This document shows, one piece after another, positions 1-8,005 of a stretch of DNA of 53,037 nt. The notes below the pieces were generated by a model that was not told the origin of the DNA, made no database searches, and saw only the letters and a list, made by a program, of their open reading frames with translations. Every line of letters begins with the position of its first letter. The first letter of the stretch is position 1. A program made the position numbers and the translations under genes. The DNA is from a virus (lineage: Duplodnaviria; Caudoviricetes). Where the stretch lies: positions 1-53,037 of IMG/VR virus record IMGVR_UViG_3300032330_001444; one strand, given 5' to 3'.

Positions 1-630
1 AACCGACGGATCAAGTGGTACAAGTGGAAGTAGCGGATCGAGCGGTACTAGTGGAACTGCCGGTAGCAGCGGTACAACCGGTGCAACTACAGCATCTAGA
101 TCGAGCGGTACAAGCGGAAGCAGTGGTACAAGCGGTGTGACCACAACCGACGGATCAAGTGGTACAAGTGGAAGTAGCGGATCGAGCGGTACCAGTGGAA
201 CTTCTGGTAGCAGCGGCACAACCGGTGCAACTACAGCATCTAGATCAAGCGGTACAAGCGGAAGCACCGGTACAAGCGGTGTGACCACAACAGATGGAGC
301 TTCACAAACAAGTGGTAGTAGTGGTACAAGTGGTAGTAGTGGTACAAGCGGAAGTAGCGGTACAAGCGGTACAAGCAGCACAAATAAATCAAGCGGTACA
401 AGCGGAAGCAGTGGTACAAGTGGTGCAACTACGACTTCTGGTGGTTCACAACCAAGTGGTAGTAGTGGTACAAGTGGTAGTAGTGGTACAAGTGGTAGTA
501 GTGGTACAAGTGGTGGATCTGGAAGTAGTGGTACCACCGGAACAAGTGGAAGTAGTGGTACTACAGGTACCAGTGGATTAAGCACGCCTAATGGCACGGC
601 TGGTATATCCGGAACAAGTGGAACCGGAGT
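1..630 (+). repeat. Coding tandem repeat: 9/18-nt SGT/SGS units nested in a ~144-nt (48-aa) higher-order repeat
   Basis: aaccgacggatcaagtggtacaagtggaagtagcggatcgagcggtac occurs at 1 and 145, with a degenerate copy at 289; (agtggtagtagtggtaca)n around 455-510. Confidence 0.9.
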
Positions 631-1087
631 TGTTGGTAACTTTACCGACAGTCCTTTGAAGTTGATTAAAAACACCAGTGCTACGTTAGTTGACAGTGTT
701 GCTTTTCTTACTGTAACAAACACTACACCTACTGGAACTTTAACTGTAGCTGGTACTGTGAGTGCTACTACATTAACTGAAACTTCTACGAAAGAATCTA
801 AGACTGATATTAGACCGTTAGTACCTCCTCATTTGTCTAAATTGATGCAATTGACACCTGTATATTTTAAATATAAAAATACTGGAGATGAGTCTATTGG
901 ATTTATAGCTGAAGAGATGTTGAAGATATATCCTGAATTTGTCAGTTATAATTCAGATGGTAAGATTGATGGTATTAATTATACTAAATTAACGGCTGTA
1001 TTGGTTCAGGGTATTAAAGAGTTGGTTACTATTGTTGATAAACAACAAAATCAAATTGATATAATTAATAATAAATTGGGATTATAA
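1..1087 (+). CDS. Tail fibre/fibril-like protein (5'-truncated) with Ser/Gly/Thr repeats and C-terminal peptidase S74 intramolecular chaperone domain
   Basis: Frame is open from position 2 (TDGSSGTSG...), so the start lies upstream of the window. C-terminus TS.KESKTDI..L..LMQLTPVYFKYK..IGFIAEE..INY..LTAVLVQGIKEL plus coiled coil matches the S74 chaperone pattern. Confidence 0.8.
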   Translation, partial: TDGSSGTSGSSGSSGTSGTAGSSGTTGATTASRSSGTSGSSGTSGVTTTDGSSGTSGSSGSSGTSGTSGSSGTTGATTASRSSGTSGSTGTSGVTTTDGASQTSGSSGTSGSSGTSGSSGTSGTSSTNKSSGTSGSSGTSGATTTSGGSQPSGSSGTSGSSGTSGSSGTSGGSGSSGTTGTSGSSGTTGTSGLSTPNGTAGISGTSGTGVVGNFTDSPLKLIKNTSATLVDSVAFLTVTNTTPTGTLTVAGTVSATTLTETSTKESKTDIRPLVPPHLSKLMQLTPVYFKYKNTGDESIGFIAEEMLKIYPEFVSYNSDGKIDGINYTKLTAVLVQGIKELVTIVDKQQNQIDIINNKLGL

Positions 1088-1102
1088 TATATTTATTGAC
1101 GT

Positions 1103-1711
1103 ATGGCTACTTTACAAGCAACAAAAGTTACATCTTCACTTGACGTTCAATCAAATACATTTGTTAAATTAGGACAAGCATATGTAAGTTCTGGGGGTCC
1201 GTATACCCATATTGGACTAAATAATTATTATAATGGAACTGCTTGGATTGGTTCAGGTCCGGTTGTACAATTGGTTAATAATACTTTAAATTTTTTAACA
1301 AATCCGGCTTCGGTTGTAACAACGCCTTTTTCAACCGATTCGACTCTTACAAAAATTACATCTACTTCAGCTACGGTTGCATCTGGTACAACTACAATTT
1401 CAGGTTCAACATTAAATTGTACTAATTTGACAGCGACAATTGCTGCGGTCACAAATAGTACTACAAATAGCACTTTGGGAATAGGCGCGGCCGCTGGTAC
1501 TGCTGCGACAGATGGAAAATTACTTGTAAATGCGGCTGCAGTAACTAAACCATTTTTAGAAGTTACCAATTGTTTAGGCGATGGATCGATCAGTACTGCT
1601 ACAAAATCAGTTTTTAAAGGATATCTTGGTATAAAAATTGGTAACAATGTTGGACCAGCGACAGCTGTTTCACCTGGTACTTATTATTTAAGATTATGGA
1701 ATAACACATGA
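1103..1711 (+). CDS. Thr/Ser-rich beta-structured virion protein (fibre-associated, putative)
   Basis: Small-residue-rich composition, directly after the fibre gene, TATTTATT motif at 1090-1097. Confidence 0.5.
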   Translation: MATLQATKVTSSLDVQSNTFVKLGQAYVSSGGPYTHIGLNNYYNGTAWIGSGPVVQLVNNTLNFLTNPASVVTTPFSTDSTLTKITSTSATVASGTTTISGSTLNCTNLTATIAAVTNSTTNSTLGIGAAAGTAATDGKLLVNAAAVTKPFLEVTNCLGDGSISTATKSVFKGYLGIKIGNNVGPATAVSPGTYYLRLWNNT

Positions 1712-1992
1712 ATGGAATTAAATTTAAAATTATTAGATACGCAGACCACAGATATCAAGGTGAACCAGCTAAAATTGTTGGGTTTAATGTTATTCGTGAA
1801 GACGACGAATCTATGTCGATATATCACGAAGTTATTTTGACATCATCGGTATCTGGCTCACAATTTGTTGGAAAAACAAATGAAGAATGTGTTGACACAG
1901 CTTTTTATTTATTAAGTGGATCGATGGCATCATCCGCTAATAAATTAATGAACTCACAGGATGTTATAGGAAGTTATTATATACCGAATTGA
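1708..1992 (+). CDS. Hypothetical protein
   Basis: 94-aa ORF with 4-nt overlaps to both neighbours. Confidence 0.6.
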   Translation: MNGIKFKIIRYADHRYQGEPAKIVGFNVIREDDESMSIYHEVILTSSVSGSQFVGKTNEECVDTAFYLLSGSMASSANKLMNSQDVIGSYYIPN

Positions 1993-3011
1993 AAAATATA
2001 ACTTTAAGTTCTAAGTATAATTCAGTTTCTGGTTATGGCGAACTGTTGTATACGTTGTTAACAGATCTTCCGAATGTTGGTTACAATGTTATACCACGAA
2101 CATATAGTGGCATTTCTGATAGATATATTGAATTTTTCGATAAGACACATACATTTAATCCAAGTTTGTTAGATTTGTCGGTTCTTTGTATGTCCAATGA
2201 CATTTCTATTGAAAATGTTTTGACTCATCTGAGTTTTGATAGACCTCGTATTTTATTGACTATGTGGGAGAGTACTAGAGTTAATGATCTTGTGATTGAA
2301 ATATTAAGTAGATTTAGTCATATAATTGTCCCAAATAGTTACAATCGAAATAATTTTATTGATCAAGGATTGAACACAAAGATCGATGTAGTGCCTTTGT
2401 TTTGTGATACTGAAAACTACGTTTACAAAGATCGTTTTACGAGAGATAAATTTGTGTTTGGTATATCAAATGAAGATCCACGTAAGAATTTAAACAAAGT
2501 TGTCATGTGTTTTCTAAAAGCTTTTAACGGCGTAAAAAATGTAGAGTTGCAAATAAAAACATGTACATCTGTACCTGAAAAGGTATTGGATTCACGAATT
2601 AAGTATATAAGTGTAAAATATACTAAAGAAGAATTGCGGGATTGGTATCATAGTTTAGATGTGTATGTAAGTGGAACAACATGTGAGGGATGGGGAATGA
2701 TGCAACAAGAGAGTTTATGTTGTGGTAGGCCTATTATATACACAAGTTATGGAGGACTGAAAGAGTTTGTTAATAATGAAATTGGTTTCGAGATAAAATA
2801 CAACGAGGTTTATAGTACCGGTTGTTGGGGCAAACATGGAGCTAAATGGGCCGAGTTTAGTGAAATTGATATGATTGATAAAATGATATATTGTTATACT
2901 AACAGACAAGAGGTTATTAGTAAAGGAAAAAAAGCTGCGGTATTAGCTAACAAATATACCAAAGAATTATTTATAAAAAATTTATCGACAATATTGAATC
3001 AATATGTATAA
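1989..3011 (+). CDS. GT-B glycosyltransferase, GT4/Glycos_transf_1-like
   Basis: SGYG near N-terminus, MWE, RKN, and the EGWG..QQE..CCGRPII (EX7E) motif. Confidence 0.85.
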   Translation: MKNITLSSKYNSVSGYGELLYTLLTDLPNVGYNVIPRTYSGISDRYIEFFDKTHTFNPSLLDLSVLCMSNDISIENVLTHLSFDRPRILLTMWESTRVNDLVIEILSRFSHIIVPNSYNRNNFIDQGLNTKIDVVPLFCDTENYVYKDRFTRDKFVFGISNEDPRKNLNKVVMCFLKAFNGVKNVELQIKTCTSVPEKVLDSRIKYISVKYTKEELRDWYHSLDVYVSGTTCEGWGMMQQESLCCGRPIIYTSYGGLKEFVNNEIGFEIKYNEVYSTGCWGKHGAKWAEFSEIDMIDKMIYCYTNRQEVISKGKKAAVLANKYTKELFIKNLSTILNQYV

Positions 3012-3016
3012 ATGTT

Positions 3017-3217
3017 ATGGAACAAAATATAATATCTACAAAACCGTTGTTTGAGTTTAGTGATTTGGAGCTTAAAGCTATTGCTTTTGATCACCATGAA
3101 GCTATAAAAAACTATGAAAATAGCTTAAACTTAATAAGAACTGAATTGAATAGAAGAGTTCATTCGAAAGTTATTGCTACTGTAAATGAGGAATCTTTAA
3201 CAAATCTTTTTAAGTAA
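3017..3217 (+). CDS. Small coiled-coil hypothetical protein
   Basis: 66-aa ORF in operon position, helical ELKAIAFD...IRTELNRR. Confidence 0.55.
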   Translation: MEQNIISTKPLFEFSDLELKAIAFDHHEAIKNYENSLNLIRTELNRRVHSKVIATVNEESLTNLFK

Positions 3218-3232
3218 ATTTATTATTATAAC

Positions 3233-3261
3233 TTGACATCCTGTATTATACAAAGTATAAG
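3233..3261 (+). promoter_or_regulatory. Sigma70-type promoter
   Basis: TTGACA (3233-3238), 17-nt spacer, TATAAG (3256-3261). Confidence 0.55.
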
Positions 3262-3357
3262 CATATTAAGCGCTTGTGGTACTTAAATGATTATTTTATA
3301 TAAATGCTTATATAAAGTTATTAATTAAAGTGCTAATAATGCTTATATTTATTATAA

Positions 3358-4527
3358 ATGATTAGTAATAATTACAAAATATATGTGGATATGGATGGAG
3401 TGCTTAGTGATTGGGAAGCTCAATTTAAGCGCTATAGTGGTGGTGTACCTGTAAGTACTTATGATAGTTTATATGGCAAAAAGAATAGTTATAAGTTAGT
3501 AAATAAAAATAGTCCTGACTATTATGCTAGTATGCCATGGATGAAAGATGGTAAGTTACTTTATAATTTTGTACAAAGTTTTCCCCAAGTAGAAATATTA
3601 AGTCATGCGCCTGATGCTAAATCAAAAGCTGGCAAACAACAATGGCTTAAAAATAAAAATATAACTTGGCCAGCAAATTTGGTATCTAATAGAAAAGATA
3701 AAAGTAAATTTGCAAATAACAATAGTATTTTGATTGATGACCGTGAAGATGTAGTGAATGATTTTATAAATGCAGGCGGTAAAGCGATTCTTCATACTGA
3801 TAGTATTAAAACTATAAATCAACTAAAAGAACTGATGGGTATCAAGGAAAGTCATAGAATTTATAATAGTATACTTAACCCAGCAATTTGGGCAACTGAA
3901 GACAATGTTAAGACTGAAGTGTTAAACGCGCTTTTGGATATCGCAAATACTTTCTATAAAGACACTGAACTGACAGTTCCGTTAGAAGATATATATTTTC
4001 TTGGTAGTACTGCTGGATATAATTGGACTCCCACCAGTGATATAGATTTACACTTGGTGGTGAATTTTGATAAAATAGGCGATGACGAAGAATTGGTTAA
4101 AAATTATGTTGACGGATTGAAAAACAAGTGGAATCAATCACATGATATTAAGATAGGAAATCATCCTGTTGAGGTTTATATTCAAGATAAAAAAGAGATT
4201 AATAAAAGTCAAGCTGTATATAGTTTGATGAAAAACTCTTGGGTAAAAAAGCCAAAACATGAAGATATACAGATCGATAAAGATGCTATCAAAAAGAAGT
4301 ACAAACAGTTGGTACAATCAATAGATAAAGCTATACAAGATCAAGATATAGATAAAATCAAAAAGCTAATTAAGCGTTTATATGATATGCGCCAGACTGG
4401 TTTGGATAAAAGTGGGGAATATAGTACCGAGAACTTAGTGTTTAAACTTTTAAGATCAACTGGGTATATAAACAAATTAAGAGATACAGTTACACAATTA
4501 ACTGACAAAGAATTATCTAAAATATAA
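3358..4527 (+). CDS. Fusion of HAD 5'(3')-deoxyribonucleotidase-like domain and Pol-beta-superfamily nucleotidyltransferase
   Basis: N-terminal YVDMDGVLSDW...ILIDDR (HAD motifs I and IV); C-terminal FLGS.AGYNW...SDIDLHLVV...VEVY.Q (GS-DxD-E Pol-beta signature). Confidence 0.8.
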   Translation: MISNNYKIYVDMDGVLSDWEAQFKRYSGGVPVSTYDSLYGKKNSYKLVNKNSPDYYASMPWMKDGKLLYNFVQSFPQVEILSHAPDAKSKAGKQQWLKNKNITWPANLVSNRKDKSKFANNNSILIDDREDVVNDFINAGGKAILHTDSIKTINQLKELMGIKESHRIYNSILNPAIWATEDNVKTEVLNALLDIANTFYKDTELTVPLEDIYFLGSTAGYNWTPTSDIDLHLVVNFDKIGDDEELVKNYVDGLKNKWNQSHDIKIGNHPVEVYIQDKKEINKSQAVYSLMKNSWVKKPKHEDIQIDKDAIKKKYKQLVQSIDKAIQDQDIDKIKKLIKRLYDMRQTGLDKSGEYSTENLVFKLLRSTGYINKLRDTVTQLTDKELSKI

Positions 4528-4588
4528 AAAACTTTGTATAAAATCAAATTGTACAATATTTATATCTATAACATAACAAGGTAAAAAT

Positions 4589-5080
4589 ATGGCAGAACTA
4601 CTAAATCCTAACGAAATATTCGCAACAGCATTTGAACCAAAAGTTAAAAATAGGTTTATTTTGTACGTTGACGGCATTCCATCTTTTATCATCAAGAAGA
4701 CTGATAGACCAAAACTAAGTCAAGCATCTAAAGAATTGGATCATATCAACATCAAGACATTCTACAAAGGAAAGAGTGTTTGGCAAGCCATCACTATGGA
4801 ACTTTACGATCCAATCGTACCAAGTGGTGCTCAAGCCGTAATGGAATGGGTACGTTTGCATCACGAATCTGTAACTGGGCGTGATGGTTATCAAGATTTC
4901 TATAAGAAAGATCTTACCGTTAATGTTCTTGGTCCAGTAGGCGATAAAGTCGAAGAATGGAGTCTACGTGGATGCTTTATCACTGAAGCTAGCTTTGGCG
5001 ACATGGATTGGAGCAATGATGGTGAAGCGTTGACAATTAGCTTGACTGTACAGATGGACTACGCAATCTTACAATATTGA
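4589..5080 (+). CDS. Tail tube protein (T4 gp19-like)
   Basis: 163 aa; FEPK..NRF, YKGK..W..ITMELYDPI, VMEW, LGPVGD.VEEW...G.FI, DW, DYA..QY pattern of myovirus tube proteins. Confidence 0.85.
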   Translation: MAELLNPNEIFATAFEPKVKNRFILYVDGIPSFIIKKTDRPKLSQASKELDHINIKTFYKGKSVWQAITMELYDPIVPSGAQAVMEWVRLHHESVTGRDGYQDFYKKDLTVNVLGPVGDKVEEWSLRGCFITEASFGDMDWSNDGEALTISLTVQMDYAILQY

Positions 5081-5136
5081 CATTGTACTCTGATTATACT
5101 ATTCTGAAAATACTATAATCAAAACGAAGTGTTCTT

Positions 5137-5170
5137 AAAATCTCTTACTATTTATTTAGTAGGAGATTTT
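5137..5170 (+). promoter_or_regulatory. RBS-sequestering hairpin containing a late-type TATTTATT motif upstream of the HNH gene
   Basis: AAAATCTCTTACTA (5137-5150) pairs with TAGTAGGAGATTTT (5157-5170; one G-U). AGGAG is in the 3' arm; TATTTATT at 5149-5156. Confidence 0.75.
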
Positions 5171-5172
5171 TT

Positions 5173-5988
5173 ATGATCATATGTGAAATAGATGGAAAAG
5201 AGTTTAAAAACGGCGGGGTATTTGCTAGATATTTAAAAAAACAATACGGATTAACCTATCAAAAATATTACCATCAGTACATACTAAAATCGGATGAGAT
5301 TCCAAAATGTAAATGTGGGTGTGGTGAAGAATTAGAGTGGAAAAATACTGGGTATAGAAAATATAAAGGGAATCATGGATTGATTCTACGATTGGCAACA
5401 AATAATCCGTGGGGACACAATAAAGATGCACAAATAAAATCCGCTGAAACTCGTAGAAAACAATACGCGTCGGGAGAAAGACATGGATGGTGTTACGGCT
5501 TAAGCAAAGAAACGGATGATAGAGTTAAAAACTTAGCAAATAAAACAAAAAATACAATATTAAATAATAAAGATGAATTAAAAAGAAGAAGTGAATTTAT
5601 GAAAAAACAAAGGAGAGACGGTGATTTACCTACTTTGTACAAAGAGCAATCTTCACAATGGAAAGGAGGCGTATCGTCTGTGCAAATTGTGGCTAGAAAT
5701 GATAAAAGGTTATATGAACAGTGGAAATATCCTATCTTAACAAGAGATCAATTTAAGTGTGTTGAATGTGGTCACAATAAAGATTTACATGTACATCATA
5801 ATGGTGAGAGATATAGTGATATAATAAAAAAAGTAATGACAATAGATGATTATGAAAATCTAGATAATTATGATGTAAAAAAAAGAATAACTGATAAAAT
5901 ATTAGATTATCATCTTAAAAACAACGTGTCGGGAGTTACGCTTTGTAAATCGTGTCACAACAAATTACATCCCAGTTTAAACTTTTGA
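5173..5988 (+). CDS. Free-standing HNH homing endonuclease (mobile element) with Zn-finger/NUMOD-like N-terminal modules
   Basis: CKCGCG, WKGG, and C-terminal RD.FKCVECG...LHVHH...GVTLCKSCHNKLH. Confidence 0.85.
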   Translation: MIICEIDGKEFKNGGVFARYLKKQYGLTYQKYYHQYILKSDEIPKCKCGCGEELEWKNTGYRKYKGNHGLILRLATNNPWGHNKDAQIKSAETRRKQYASGERHGWCYGLSKETDDRVKNLANKTKNTILNNKDELKRRSEFMKKQRRDGDLPTLYKEQSSQWKGGVSSVQIVARNDKRLYEQWKYPILTRDQFKCVECGHNKDLHVHHNGERYSDIIKKVMTIDDYENLDNYDVKKRITDKILDYHLKNNVSGVTLCKSCHNKLHPSLNF

Positions 5989-6003
5989 TATATTTATTAG
6001 TAT

Positions 6004-6912
6004 ATGGATCTAGGCAAGAAAATATTTGTAATATACCCAGGCAGATTTCATCCCTGGCATAAAGGTCACAAAGGTGTGTATAATTATCTAAGCAGCAAGT
6101 ACGGTGGCAATGACGTTTATATAACAACAACAGATGTAGTTGAGTTACCTAAGTCTCCATTTAGTTTTGATGAAAAAGTCAAAATGATGACTTTAACTGG
6201 GGTACCTATAAATAAAATAATTAAAGTAAAAAACAATTATAACCTACAAAGTTTAGTTAATCAAATTCCAATTGACATCAACAGAGATAGTATTATATTT
6301 GCGGTTAGTGAAAAAGATATGGCAGAAGATCCGAGATTTAGCAAATTCACTAAAAAAGATGGTTCTCCATCTTATTTACAGCCAATTCCTAAGAATTTAA
6401 CCAAGTTACAACCAGCTATAAATCACGGATATATTGACACTGTACCAACAACAGATTTTACCGTATTGGGTAAACCAGCTAGAAGTGCTAGCGAATTAAG
6501 ATCTCAATATGCTAAATTAAATCCTCAACAAAGAAAGTCTTTTATTGCGGATTTGTTTGGTAAGTATGACGACGGTGTATATAACATTATGAATAACAAA
6601 TTAGCATCCAGTGGAAGTTTAACAGAAAAGCAAAAGAGTATATTAAAGAAATTGATTGTGGGTATGATGAAAGAGGATGAGTCCAAAGTCAAAAACATGA
6701 AGAAGTTGGCTGATATGGCTTTATACAAACAAAGACAGGCTGAAGAAGATGATGCTAATGAAAAGTTAGATTCAGCTGAAGCTCAACAAGATGCTGCTGT
6801 ATCTGATGAAGATAAAAAGAAATCGGATGATTCAGTAAAAAAAGCTAAAGATATGGTAAAACGTGCTAATATGATGTCCCAAGCAGCTAAACATCAAATG
6901 CAATCAAGTTAA
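6004..6912 (+). CDS. HxGH-class (cytidylyltransferase-like) nucleotidyltransferase with charged helical C-terminal tail
   Basis: IYPGRFHPWHKGH motif, SPFSFDEK, AVSEKD, SASELR. Confidence 0.75.
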   Translation: MDLGKKIFVIYPGRFHPWHKGHKGVYNYLSSKYGGNDVYITTTDVVELPKSPFSFDEKVKMMTLTGVPINKIIKVKNNYNLQSLVNQIPIDINRDSIIFAVSEKDMAEDPRFSKFTKKDGSPSYLQPIPKNLTKLQPAINHGYIDTVPTTDFTVLGKPARSASELRSQYAKLNPQQRKSFIADLFGKYDDGVYNIMNNKLASSGSLTEKQKSILKKLIVGMMKEDESKVKNMKKLADMALYKQRQAEEDDANEKLDSAEAQQDAAVSDEDKKKSDDSVKKAKDMVKRANMMSQAAKHQMQSS

Positions 6913-6961
6913 ATATAATTACTAAAAAGTTATATAAAGTTCTATATATTGTTATAACGTT

Positions 6962-7777
6962 ATGAGTGACGAAATTATAATTACACGAAGTACTTCATCC
7001 AAAGAGTTTAGTACACAACAAACTTATCCTACTGAAATAATCGATTTGCCTAGTCAAGGAAAGTTTTATGATACGTCCAACCCTTTATCAAAAGGTGTAG
7101 TTGAGATGAAATTTATGACTGCAAAAGAAGAAGATATTCTTACTAGTCCAAATTTGTTAAAAAAAGGATTAGCAGTTGATAAACTTCTTGAGTCACTTAT
7201 AGTGGACAAGTCAATTAACTTGGATACATTATTATCAGGGGATAAAAATGCATTAATATTTGCTGCACGACGTTTGGCGTATGGGGATAACTACGGTCCC
7301 CTTGACATTCAATGTCCTAAATGTACAACTAAAAATAAAGTAAATGTAGATCTTGCGCAAATTCAGAACAAATCGACAGAATCTGAACTAACCGTAGATG
7401 GTAACAATGAATTTACGTATACACTACCTACAAGCAAGTTCGTGGTTACATTTAAACCATTAACTTCTGCTGATGAAAAATCGATTGAACGAGACAATCT
7501 AGCTCTATCTAAGATAAAAAAAGATTCTTCTAGTGAAGTTACCAGTAGACTTAGATATATGATTACCAGCATTAACGGTGAACGAGACAGAGGTAAGCTT
7601 AAAGCTTTGATTGAGAATTTATTTGCAAAAGACAGCCTAGCTTTAAGACAACATATTAAGTCGGTTACCCCGGATATAGACAGTAGTTTTAACTTTGTAT
7701 GTGAACAATGTACACATGAAGAAAGGGTAGCCGTACCAATTACGGCCCAATTTTTTTGGCCTGACACCGGAGTATAG
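6962..7777 (+). CDS. Baseplate hub/tail assembly chaperone (T4 gp26-like)
   Basis: LPSQG..Y, MTAKEEDIL, GD..AL..AAR..AYG..Y, CPKC and CEQC Zn motifs, FFWP end; immediately upstream of the tape measure gene. Confidence 0.75.
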   Translation: MSDEIIITRSTSSKEFSTQQTYPTEIIDLPSQGKFYDTSNPLSKGVVEMKFMTAKEEDILTSPNLLKKGLAVDKLLESLIVDKSINLDTLLSGDKNALIFAARRLAYGDNYGPLDIQCPKCTTKNKVNVDLAQIQNKSTESELTVDGNNEFTYTLPTSKFVVTFKPLTSADEKSIERDNLALSKIKKDSSSEVTSRLRYMITSINGERDRGKLKALIENLFAKDSLALRQHIKSVTPDIDSSFNFVCEQCTHEERVAVPITAQFFWPDTGV

Positions 7778-7985
7778 ACTCCAATTGCAAGAAATAATCT
7801 TTGATATGTGTTATTATGGAAACGGCGCGTTTTCGCCTATCATAGTTTACTCTTTGCCTATCTATTTAAGAAACTTTTATTACAAAAAACTTATCGACGT
7901 TAAGACCAAAGAAAATGATGCTGCAAAAAAATCAAGTCAGTCTCCTCAACGTTCTAACAAAATAGATAAGCCAAGTTTTAAATAA
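7752..7985 (+). CDS. Tail assembly chaperone C-terminal extension (probable frameshift product; listed as 7785..7985)
   Basis: The +1 frame is open from 7731 and reads FFGLTPEYRLQLQEIIFDMCYYGNG across the TTTTTTT run at 7751-7757; the only alternative listed start is a weak TTG. Confidence 0.65.
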   Translation, partial: FFGLTPEYRLQLQEIIFDMCYYGNGAFSPIIVYSLPIYLRNFYYKKLIDVKTKENDAAKKSSQSPQRSNKIDKPSFK

Positions 7986-8005
7986 ACCGTATATTTATAT
8001 AATAT

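Noticed and set aside
240-581. ORFs 240..428 (-) and 294..581 (+)
   Set aside because: Alternate-frame shadows of the SGT repeat.
1-630. Repeat region as a CRISPR array or non-coding satellite
   Set aside because: Units are multiples of 3 nt, vary at synonymous positions, have no unique spacers and lie in an open frame.
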